DNA of 15,684 nt from Octopus sinensis. Taxonomy: Eukaryota. Below, piece by piece: positions 1-9,993 of the stretch. The first letter of the stretch is position 1. Each line of letters begins with the position of its first letter. The DNA lies in NCBI RefSeq assembly GCF_006345805.1, contig NW_021835807.1, positions 1 through 15,684 of the forward strand, in the 5' to 3' direction. The position numbers and the translations under genes are program-made. The notes beneath the pieces are model-generated. The model did not search any database. It was not told the origin of the DNA and saw only the letters and a program-made list of their open reading frames with translations.

Positions 1-36
1 ATATATATATTATATGTATATATATATATATATGTA
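1..36. repeat. (TA)n microsatellite flanking the LINE 3' tail
   Basis: Near-pure TA run with occasional TG. Confidence 0.95.
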
Positions 37-63
37 TACTCTTTACTCTTTACTCTTTTACTT
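37..63 (-). repeat. LINE A 3' tail, (GAGTAAA)n, about 3 units
   Basis: Plus strand reads tactctttactctttactcttttactt. Short tandem-repeat tails are typical of CR1/L2-type LINEs. Confidence 0.8.
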
Positions 64-66
64 GTT

Positions 67-82
67 TCAGCCATCTGGCTGA
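67..82 (-). other. LINE 3'-UTR stem-loop, putative RT recognition signal
   Basis: Perfect hairpin TCAGCC-AGAT-GGCTGA just upstream of the tail; the stem is conserved in the stub at 4761-4819. Confidence 0.65.
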
Positions 83-118
83 GGCCATGATGGGGCAACG
101 CCCTTGTTGCTACCCTCT

Positions 119-3100
119 CTAAGTCCAGTTTGCCGTGGCTGGCCACTGATCTAAGAGAGAGTTTGTAGCTGCTGCCCTTAGGTTACCTTCGTACCTTGCA
201 GTGGGTTCATCGGGATCCCGGAAAGCAGCTTGTCTAGATGTTTTTGAAAATGTCACATCCCGCATCATGTAGATCTCTTAGTTTTCTTGGCAGTTGTTGA
301 ACACTGAGGGCCCCTGAACGCCAGGCTATGACAGTATCTGCTCCTTACCCTGGATGTGGAAGACGGGACCTTTGGCACCACACAGTGACGTCCTGTACGG
401 GGATTGGAACATCTCTCAATTCCAAAATTGGTGCTAGTCCCTCCAGGATTTTCCATATGTATATCACTGCATATCTCTCTCGTTCTTCGTTCCAAGGAGT
501 ACAAATTGAGTTCCCTAAGCCTCTCCCAATATTCTTTTCTTTCATGGTGGAAATCCTCTTGGTGAAATGTCTTTGGATTGTCTCAAGCTCTGTGGTTAGT
601 TTGACACACTATGCGGTGACCACAGTTGGGAGCAATAGTCCAGGCGGCTTAGGACAAATGTCCTCCATAGTGTCAACATGGTCTCGCGCTCGCAGTCTCT
701 TGTCCGGAATGTCCTCAGGATCCAGCCAGTGAGTCGTCTGCACATTGTCGCCACCTTCGCGATGTGTGAAGAAAAAGATGCATCGTCACTCATGTCTATC
801 CCCAGGTCCCGTATTGATTTCGATACTGGGATTTCGATCCCTCCTGGACCAGTATAGTTGTGTTGTAATTTATATGTGTTTACAGCTTGATATTGTAAGG
901 CTTGAAATTTACCAGCATTAAATTGCATGTTGTGTGTCTTCAGCCCATTTGTATATGGCATCCAGATCTTGTTTGTAAAAGGTCAGCATCAGCTGGGTTT
1001 TTGATTGCCTGTGCTACCTTGTGTCATCAGCATAGCTAGTGAGGGATGTTGTTTGTGCTACCAAGGGCATGTCAGAGAGCGCCACCAAAAACAGCAAGGG
1101 TCCCAAGACTGTGCCCTGTGGCACCCCGCTTGCTATTGGTGTCTTCCCGAGAGGGCTCCATTGGCTGCAACCATCTGGCTTCTGTCCTTCAGGAAGTCAT
1201 GTATCCACTCACCTACTTTTCCTGTTATGCCGAGTCTGAGTAATTTGTGACATATCACTCCGTGGTCGACTTGTCAAAGGCCTTCGCAAAGTCGAGATAT
1301 ACCACATCCACCTGTGAGCGATCCAGTAGTTGTTTCAGTACCCAGTCGTAGTGTTGTAACAGCTGCGTAAGGCAGCTTCTTCCTGGGCGAAAGCCATGCT
1401 GTGTGTCAGTGAGACGGTTTTCTTCGAGGAACGTGATCAGTTTTTTTCTGATGATTCGTTCCATGACCTTACTTATGTGTGACGTCAGGGAGACTGGCCT
1501 GTAGTTTTTGGCCTCTGCTCTACTCCCTCCTTTGTGGGTAGGGCATATGGTGCCTTCTTTTAGCGCCCTGGGCAGTTTACCGTTAGCCAAGGAACCACTG
1601 AAGAGCTTCTTCAGTGGTCCCGCTAGGGCATGCCTGCATGTTTTTAGGAGGACTGCTGGGAATCCATCTGGTCCAGCAGCTGAGTTTATTCTCATTTCTC
1701 TATGGCAGATATTACATCCTCTCTGTTATGTCTATGTGGTCGATGGTTGTTGTTTGGTTGGAGTGTTGTGCATCAAAGAAAACTTCTGGGTTTGTGATTT
1801 GCATGTGCCCCAGAGGGGATGTGAACACACTTTTATACTGTTCCTTTAGTATTTCACTTATCCCTTGGGGGTCCTCAGTTAGAGAGCCCTTTTTATCAAA
1901 GAGTGGGCCAATCTTGCAGTGTACCGAGGTGGTTTCTTTCGCAAATTTAAAGAAGCTTTAGGGTTTGTTTTAATATTCTCTATGGCCCTGGCTTCTCTCT
2001 CTGCCCTCTCCTTCTCATAGGAAAGTTTGAGTGCAGTTTCCGTTTCAAAAAGTTTCAGGTGGAGTCCCTCATTGTTTCTCTGCCGTGCATTCAGTTGCTT
2101 CGAGAGCTTAGCTCTTCGCCTCATAAGTATTTTCCTGTCTCTGGGAATAACGTTCCTATGCCCGCTGGCTTTTTTTCTCCAGGACAAACTTATGGCATAT
2201 GTTCTGTATTGTTGTCATGAAATGTTGGAATGTGTGTTGGGTGTCTTGTGTGGTGATGAAATCACTCCAGTCATGTTTTCGGATCTCTTCGTTGATCTTC
2301 TTCCAGTTTGCCTTATGGAAGTTTAGACTGGATAGGCCTGTGGTATTTTCTAATGGCTGCGTCTCAACTAACTCTCTCATACCATATATCATTACCTCTA
2401 CTAAGTTGTGATCTGAGAGAATTGTTGGTGTTACCATTATGTTGTGGATGAGCATCGGGTTGCTTGTGAAACAGAGGTCCAAGACATTCTCACCTTTTGT
2501 TGGCCGAAGCACTGCTTGTTCCATGAAAACTTGCGTGTGAGAGCCAACAAGGACTCTCTGTCTCTCTGTTCAAGTGATGTCATTCCAGGGAGGAGATGGC
2601 CATCTGGCCATTTGACTTTCGGAAGGTTAAAATCTCCCAGCAGTAGAATGGTGTTACCCTGGTCCAGTTTGTCCAGGACTTCTTCTATTCTTCTGAGGCT
2701 ATCTTCAAACACTCCTTCATGACTAGGGGTGTCTGATGGCCGATATGTGACACATATTACTATTTTCGGTTGTTTCATGTGTACTATCAGTGTGTCACAG
2801 ACTGAGTTTGAGTGTGTCAACAGTACTATGGGTGTGACATCTTCACGGACGTACAGGGCAACCCCACCATGAGTTCTTTCCTTCCTGTCTGACCGAAAAA
2901 CAGTATACTTTGGTATGTGTATTTCTGCATCTGCTATACTGCTTGACAGGTGCGTTTCAGTCAGCGCTATGCATATTGCATGGTTGCTTGTGCTTAAGTC
3001 CCTAAGGTAAGGAATTTTACTCATATTAGTGGGTTTCACCAGACCTCTGACATTCAGCAGAAGCACTGGTGAGATATTTGGGGTGTCAATAAAGGCTGTC

Positions 3101-3135
3101 GGTGTGGCACCTGGGCTGGTGTCAGCGGTGGCCAC
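119..3135 (-). pseudogene. LINE A ORF2 (APE endonuclease + reverse transcriptase), split by many 1-bp indels
   Basis: APE motifs LLLNVRGL, IALTETHL, GGVALYV, VTYRP, LLGDFNLP (2437-3135) and NVLDLCF, SDHNLV (2156-2524). RT motifs GPDG, NYRPVSLTS, QHGFRPGRSC, VYLDFAKAFDK (1255-1695), PQG at ~1114-1121, YADD at 1023-1034. Thumb and C-terminal segments lie in ORFs 596-961, 345-545 and 265-504; stop TAG at 119-121. Confidence 0.92.
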
Positions 3136-4040
3136 CCTGGGTCCCTTGATTGTGGTGGTCTTGAGTGCTGTTGTGAGTGCCCCTGGCTCTGAAGACGATG
3201 TATCCAGGCCAGTTGTCCCACAATTTTCTCTGCTATTTCCACAAAATTTCTTTGTACTGCTGCCGCCGTCTGCATTTCCTCTGCAAATGTGCGCCTTCTC
3301 CTTGTTGGGGCATTCCGCACTATGTCTGCATATTTCTGGGGCAGCTTGTATTTGTTCTGGTTTTGGTTTCGGTCTTGGTTTTGGTTTCGGTCTTGGTTTT
3401 GGTTTCGGTCTTGGTTTTGGTTAAGGCATTTTGGTCGAGTGGGTTTGATGCAATTTCCATAGGGCCTGGGATGAGCGAACCTGCATCCTTCCCCGTTTCT
3501 CCATGCCAGCAGGTTCCATTCCGGAAGAATTTGCATGTTATCTGGGTTTTTTGTCCCCAGTTCCTCTCTGTTTTTTCTCCTCCGTTGGACGGTTGTCCAC
3601 TGGTTCCTTCTGCATAGGTATTTTCATCCGGGTGGTTATTTTCCGTTTTCCCCATCGCCGCCTACCTGTTGTTTGCCCTGCTTGCCTTCTTCGACTGTGG
3701 CAGTGGGCGTGTCATTTTTTGACACTCTGTGGTTGGTGTTTCCTGTTTCCATCTCTCTCTCTTTGTCTTTGTCCACCTTGAGGACTTGGCTTAGCAAAGC
3801 CATGTGTGGTGCAATGAGAGTGTAGACCCTTTCGACTTCTCTTTTCTTCCTCTCTACTTGCGCCAACGTCCTCATAAAGCCATGGCTTTTCAGGGTCGCC
3901 GCTATGTTTTTAGTTGGTTGCGATCTGTCGGCCAAGCTCCATCCTCTGATGAAAACTTCCAGCTCTACTTTCGTCCAGTTACGCTGGCTTTTGTTGACGC
4001 CAGTGTTTGCATTCACCTCTAATTTTTGCATGTTGTCCAT
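3054..4040 (-). pseudogene. LINE A ORF1: Myb/SANT(trihelix)-like domain (3822-3977), charged linker, CCCH zinc finger (3471-3535), YADIV/helical C-terminus; two indels
   Basis: ATG at 4040 (MDNMQK). WTKVELEVFIRGW...IAATLKSHGFMRTLAQVERKK resembles the trihelix pattern. The finger reads CKFFRNGTCWHGETGEGCRFAH after restoring one G in a G-run. Homologous to LINE B ORF1. Confidence 0.8.
3359..3422. repeat. 18-bp tandem repeat (GGTTTTGGTTTCGGTCTT) x ~3.5 inside ORF1, encoding NQNQDR
   Basis: Direct inspection; in frame in ORF 3054-3536. Confidence 0.9.
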
Positions 4041-4044
4041 TCCG

Positions 4045-4500
4045 TTGTAGCGGGGAGAGAGAGAGAAGCTGTGAGGGAAAAAGGGAGAAGGGAGGAGAGA
4101 GGAAGAGATTGTGAGGAAGGGAGGGTGAGAGAGAGGAAAAGAAGACTGTTTTGGGGAAAGAGAGAGAGGGTGAGAGAGAGGCAGGGAAGGAAAGCGAGAG
4201 AGGGCGAGAGAGATAGAGAAAAGGGGTCTGAAGGAAAGAAAAAGAGAGAGATTGGGAGGGAGGGAGTGAGTTCGTGAGGGAAAGAGAAAGGGATAGTGAA
4301 AAGGAAGGAGAAAGGGAGAGTGAGGAGAGAGAGGGGAGAGATAGTGTGATGGAAAGAGCGAGAGAGGGGAGAGAAAGAGGTAGTGCAGGAAAGCGAGAGA
4401 AAGGATTACGAGGGAGAGATAGAGGGGCAGAGAGGCTGTGAAGAAAGAGAGAGAAGAAAGAGATTTTGAGAGAGGAGAGAGTGTGAGAATGCAAGAGAAG
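4045..4500. repeat. Degenerate GA-rich polypurine tract (polypyrimidine leader on the LINE sense strand)
   Basis: About 450 bp almost entirely G/A on the plus strand, ending a few bases from the ORF1 ATG. Confidence 0.9.
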
Positions 4501-4648
4501 GAATAGCTACAATATGTTACATATACACACATACTTACTATATAGATATAGATAAAGTAAAAATATCCATTCATCACAGATATGTACAACCTGCAAACAT
4601 CGACACTTGTCACGGGAATTTACCGTTCTAAATAACACACGCGCACGA

Positions 4649-4824
4649 TATATATATTATGTATATATATATATATGTATATGTAATATATATATATATA
4701 TATGTATATGTATATATATATATGTATATGTTATATATATATATATGTATATATATATATGATTGATTGATTGATTCTAGTTTCAGCCTATGAGCTGTGG
4801 CCATGCTGGGGCAACCGCCATATG

Positions 4825-4883
<59 letters not shown>

Positions 4884-5225
4884 GTATATGTATATAATAT
4901 ATATATGTATTGTTATATATATATATGTATATGTATATATATATATATGGTATATGTTATATTATATATGTATATATATATATATATTATATGTATATAG
5001 TATTATATATACATATGTATATGTATATATATATAATATATGTATATGTATATATATAGGTATATGTAATAATGTATATATGTATATGTATATATATATA
5101 TGTATATGTATATAGTATAGTATATATATATAGTATATGTATATATATATATGTAATGTTATATATATATATGTATATGTATATATATATATGTATATGT
5201 ATATATATATATGTATATGTATAGT

Positions 5226-5258
<33 letters not shown>

Positions 5259-5395
5259 AATATATATATTATAAATATATATATATATAAATATATATAA
5301 TATAATATATATATATATAAATATATATATATATAATATAATATATATATATAATATATATATATATAAATATATATATATATAAATATATATAA

Positions 5396-5431
<36 letters not shown>

Positions 5432-5445
5432 AAATATATATATTA

Positions 5446-5501
<56 letters not shown>

Positions 5502-5527
5502 ATATATATATAAATAGATATAAATAT

Positions 5528-5562
<35 letters not shown>

Positions 5563-5644
5563 ATAATATATATATATATATATAAATATTATTATATATA
5601 TAATATATATATATATATAAATAATATATATATATTAAATATAT

Positions 5645-5702
<58 letters not shown>

Positions 5703-5780
5703 TGTATATATATATATATTGTATATATATATATATGTATATATAATATATATATGTATATTATATATATATATATATAT

Positions 5781-5831
<51 letters not shown>

Positions 5832-6000
5832 TATGTATATTATATATATATATGTATATATATATATGTATATATATATAGGTGTATATATATATGTTAT
5901 ATATATATATATTATATATTAATATATATATGTGTATATATATATATGTATATATATATATGTGTATATTATATATGTATATATAAATATATATATATAT
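4649..6000. repeat. Compound (TA)n/(TATATG)n microsatellite, interrupted at 4761-4819
   Basis: Direct inspection. Confidence 0.95.
4761..4819 (-). mobile_element. Severely 5'-truncated LINE stub: 3'-UTR signal plus (ATCA)n tail, related to LINE A
   Basis: 4780-4819 matches LINE A 64-102 at 32 of 40 aligned columns; the tail is (GATT)4 on the plus strand. Confidence 0.8.
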
Positions 6001-6291
6001 ATAATTTCAACAATTGAGGGTAAAATTAATTAATTATTAATCAATTTCACCAAGTGTTCAGTATGCAAAGGGACCATTTAAGGCGAATTCAAATTATTAC
6101 ATTATATAAAAGGGCTTAGTAAAATAAATTACTTCGCCGCATACTGAACTCATTAGAAATAGCAGCTAAAAAACTTTTTTAAAGCTATTTCTAATACTTA
6201 AAGAAAATCTCTCTCATATATAGCGTTTGCCTAATTCAACTCACAAAAGTTTGGGGGTAAGGACATTAAAAAATCAAATGCTAAGGTTATT

Positions 6292-6343
6292 TGAGTACGT
6301 ACGTTTCAAGATTAGTCAAAACAACACTTCTATCTTCAGCTCA
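6292..6343 (-). ncRNA. Minimal type I hammerhead ribozyme motif, array copy 1
   Basis: Minus strand: UGAG-CUGAAGA-(25 nt)-GAAAC-GUAC-GUA^CUCA. Stem I is 4 bp; stem III has a palindromic loop; stem II is weak, with U.U at its base. Confidence 0.72.
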
Positions 6344-6829
6344 GAAATTCCTTGGTTTGGATTTGGAAACACTGAAACTAAGAACATACCCTTTCGAAGA
6401 TTCGCTCGTTACTAACAGTGCCAACTAACCCAAAATAAGCAAGTGAAGAATTTCTGTTCTCCCCTTTCCACCAGCGTGGGTTAAAATCATCAAACGCTAT
6501 GCTTATTTCGGTAAAATCCGAAGCATTAATTAGAGGGAGATTAATTATAATTTCAACAATTGAGGGTAAAATTAATTAATTAATCAATTTCACCAAGTGT
6601 TCAGTATGCAAAGGGACCATTTAAGGCGAATTCAAATTATTACATTATATAAAAGGCTTAGTAAAATAAATTACTTCGCCGCATACTGAACTCATTAGAA
6701 AAGCAGCTAAAAAACTTTTTTAAAGCTATTTCTAATACTTAAGAAAATCTCTCTCATATATAGCGTTTGCCTAATTCAACTCACAAAAGTTTGGGGTAAG
6801 ACATTAAAAAATCAAATGCTAAGGTTATT

Positions 6830-6881
6830 TGAGTACGTACGTTTCAAGATTAGTCAAAACAACACTTCTATCTTCAGCTCA
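6830..6881 (-). ncRNA. Minimal type I hammerhead ribozyme motif, array copy 2
   Basis: Same sequence as copy 1, 538 nt away. Confidence 0.72.
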
Positions 6882-7373
6882 GAAATTCCTTGGTTTGGAT
6901 TTGGAAACACTGAAAGTAAGAACATACCCTTTCGAAGATCCGCTCGTAACTAACAGTGCCAACAAACCCAAATAAGCAAGTGAAGAATTTCTGTTCTCCC
7001 CTTTCCACCAGCGTGGGTTAAAATCATCAAACGCTATGCTTATTTCGGTAAAATCCGAAGCATTAATTAGAGGGAGATTAATTATAATTTCAACAATTGA
7101 GGGTAAAATTAATTAATTATTAATCAATTTCACCAAGTGTTCAGTATGCAAAGGGACCATTTAAGGCGAATTCAAATTATTACATTATATAAAAGGGCTT
7201 AGTAAAATAAATTACTTCGCCGCATACTGAACTCATTAGAAATAGCAGCTAAAAAACTTTTTTAAAGCTATTTCTAATACTTAAAGAAAATCTCTCTCAT
7301 ATATAGCGTTTGCCTAATTCAACTCACAAAAGTTTGGGGGTAAGGACATTAAAAATCAAATGCTAAGGTTATT

Positions 7374-7425
7374 TGAGTACGTACGTTTCAAGATTAGTCA
7401 AAACAACACTTCTATCTTCAGCTCA
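7374..7425 (-). ncRNA. Minimal type I hammerhead ribozyme motif, array copy 3
   Basis: Same sequence as copy 1, 544 nt from copy 2; the array ends 9 nt beyond its stem I. Confidence 0.72.
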
Positions 7426-7434
7426 GAATATTCC

Positions 7435-7442
7435 TTATATAT

Positions 7443-7484
<42 letters not shown>

Positions 7485-7542
7485 TATATTATAATATATA
7501 TATGTGTGATATATATATATGTATATATAAATATATATATAT

Positions 7543-7582
<40 letters not shown>

Positions 7583-7628
7583 TATATATATATGTATATG
7601 TATATATATGTATATATTTATATATATG

Positions 7629-7662
<34 letters not shown>

Positions 7663-7700
7663 TGTATATATATGTGTATATAGATATATATTGTATATAT

Positions 7701-7734
<34 letters not shown>

Positions 7735-7837
7735 TTATATATATATATGTATATATTTATATATATGTATATATATATTATGTAATATATATATATATAT
7801 ATGTATATATATGTGTAATATATATATGTATTATAAA

Positions 7838-7868
<31 letters not shown>

Positions 7869-7877
7869 GTATATATA
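7435..7877. repeat. (TA)n microsatellite
   Basis: Direct inspection. Confidence 0.95.
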
Positions 7878-8075
7878 ACTACAAAATTAGAGAATGGAGA
7901 AACATACTTAAATCAATAAAACATCAACTATCCGATGATACTCAATCCATACTTTAATACACCATTACATAGGAGTAAAGGCAATATATAAAATGAAATG
8001 AGATATACAGTAATAGTAAAAGTAAAAAGATAAAGAGATATAAGTAAAAAATTACAAATATAATATGCAAATAAA

Positions 8076-8195
8076 TCAAAACTGACAGCTGTTTCGGCAG
8101 TGAGGACAGTCATACCTCATTTAACCTATAAGCCATAAAGGCAGGTATAAATGAGGCATTAACAAAGATGCCCCACGGCCTCTTCAGAGAATTAA
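8076..8195 (-). ncRNA. Type I hammerhead ribozyme motif with 85-nt stem II (left arm)
   Basis: Reverse complement of the right-arm motif: CUGAAGA at 8187-8181, GAAAC-AGCU-GUC at 8095-8084. Confidence 0.7.
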
Positions 8196-8531
8196 ATTAA
8201 ATTTGTTATAATAGTGAAAATTATTATATAATCATATACATATAAATATAAAAATATAAAAATGTAAAATATAAAAACTTATACATCATAATGCTACACT
8301 TGTATAATATAATACACATTTGTACAAAAAGGAAGGTAACCAGAACAAAATAAAACAAAATATATAACAGTGTATATATAATATTAATAAGTACCGATAT
8401 CATACATATTTAGCTAATAGTTATTTTTATAAAAAAAAGGGCTAACACATATGGAGATGAAAAATAATAATAATTAAATCCGTGGTACAGTTCATAAAAT
8501 TCTAAAGCTATAAAAGTTAATAAAAATTACT

Positions 8532-8534
<3 letters not shown>

Positions 8535-8568
<34 letters not shown>

Positions 8569-8579
8569 GTAATAATAAT
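8535..8579. repeat. (AAT)n microsatellite in the left arm (mirror (ATT)11 at 12068-12100)
   Basis: Direct inspection. Confidence 0.9.
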
Positions 8580-9993
8580 AAAAAATAATAAAAATAGATA
8601 CAGTTAAGTTAGCACCAAGTCCATCCTTCCAAGATCTAAATAACTATGAGTTAAGAAATGCTGACCACTAGGTAAAGAAAATTTAGATTAATTCGATTGG
8701 CTATTGGTTTGAAATTTAAATCACAAAAGAAAATTATACGGTTGGTTAGTCAGGGAACGCCAATATTCACACACGCATCTACAGATCAATCGCACATACA
8801 CACATAGTTATATGTATATACATACACTTGTACATATACATAATCATAAGCAACAACTAACACTTAGATAAACAAATAGGGAAGCAACCATGCTAACACT
8901 AAGTCCTTCAAAATTATAACTGAGCCTCAATAACAAAAAAAGAACCATCCATGCATTCTATAAAATATTTAATTAAGATATAAATATATTTTTAAATATC
9001 AGTATGTTACTAATTCAGATAATTATTTCATGGGTAACTTAAAATTTATAACACCGGTTTGTTGCAGAGTAAACATACGGTTGTTAGGTTTATCGTAAGT
9101 TTGTTATGATTTTAAGTACGCTAAATTATAAAGTATAAAATATAAAATATATTAATTTAGATATTATAAATAAGTCACTTATTAACTTAATAAATATAGT
9201 GCCATAATATACCAGTTTAGGCAATAAAAAATAGAAGGGGAAGTATTAATGTAAACGCTTATGAGAACATCACAGAAATTTTAAATAAATTTTATATTAT
9301 AAAGACTTAAGATGAAAAGAGATAAAATAAATAAAAAGGAATAAATACGAAGGAATAAATACGGTTATACACATAATTATAAGTACAAACTAGTATATAT
9401 GTATTCATATATTATTAAAATTAAATAAAAATAAATGACAGATATGTATGTATAAAACTACACCAGTATAAGTAAATAAGTAAAAAATAAATAGGTAACA
9501 AATTAAATGACTTGATATGTATGTAAACATCCACACTTAAATAGGCAAATAAATAAATAAATAGAAGACTAGATGCAAATATTGATAATATTACAATAAA
9601 ATGGGAAATAAATAAAAATAAATAAAGTGAATATATATATTTTATATTGTTGAAAGTAAATATGTATGGAAGGATAGTTTAAAGTACAGATCCAGAGGAC
9701 TATAGATATAAACTAAATATATGAGGCTGGTAACAATTATAAAGCAAAATGCATGTAAATGAGAAAATGAAAAAAATGAAAAAGGTTTATCAGTGAATAG
9801 CATAAGATACAAATTAAGGTGAGTACAAAAAGACCAAATATATAATAAAAACCTTCCAAATCAGCACATACAAAAAACCTATAATCTCAACCTAAACCCA
9901 CCAAACTCACAAAAGGCTCTCATATATTACATATTATACAATATCATTACATTATCCAGAGCTAGGTATCTAACCAAGATATACATATATACT

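Larger units (their letters stand above)
37..4648 (-). mobile_element. LINE A: near full-length APE-type non-LTR retrotransposon (CR1/L2/Jockey group), frameshifted
   Basis: On the minus strand, in order: pyrimidine-rich leader, ORF1 (Myb-like + CCCH), APE endonuclease, RT (QHGFR, DFAKAFD, GVPQGTVLGP, YADD), C-terminal YSLERRRER-like and AAATNSLLDQ motifs, 3' stem-loop, tandem-repeat tail. TA tracts on both sides. The 5' boundary is approximate. Confidence 0.93.
6001..7434 (-). repeat. Tandem array of ~540-bp hammerhead-containing non-coding units (6001-6546, 6547-7083, partial 7084-7434); retrozyme/pLTR-like
   Basis: Units restart at ataatttcaacaattgagggt (6001, 6547, 7084) and differ mainly by 1-bp indels; one hammerhead motif per unit. 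Confidence 0.9.

Noticed and set aside
56-95. LINE 3' end resembles the 3' half of a hammerhead (AGCC-AGAU-GGCU-GAAAC-AA-GUA)
   Set aside because: No CUGANGA upstream, no stem I, and the stub at 4761 does not keep the pattern
3485-3500. Both LINEs have a missing G within the CCCH linker (also about 15215), suggesting programmed -1 frameshifting
   Set aside because: No shared X XXY YYZ slippery heptamer, and with about one indel per 250 bp the coincidence is unremarkable
328-3825. Plus-strand ORFs over LINE A, and minus-strand ORFs over LINE B (14705-15635)
   Set aside because: Antisense shadows of the LINE coding frames with no recognisable motifs
4041-4613. 191-aa in-frame N-terminal extension of ORF1, and other ORFs over the GA tract
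   Set aside because: Low-complexity L/S/F/P or R/E/G sequence from a stop-poor purine tract; LINE B starts its homologous ORF just before the Myb-like domain
4771-6017. Y/I/M-rich ORFs (4771-5115, 4797-5000, 5719-5922, 5754-6017; also 7373-7702)
   Set aside because: Translations of TA microsatellite
6227-6415. 62-aa ORF in the tandem unit
   Set aside because: Broken by indels in copy 2, no known motif, antisense to the ribozyme
7896-9993. Decayed PLE reverse transcriptase upstream of the GIY-YIG ORF (frame open back to 9823)
   Set aside because: No RT motifs recognised; this DNA is the inverted copy of the downstream region, and the open stretch has no upstream ATG
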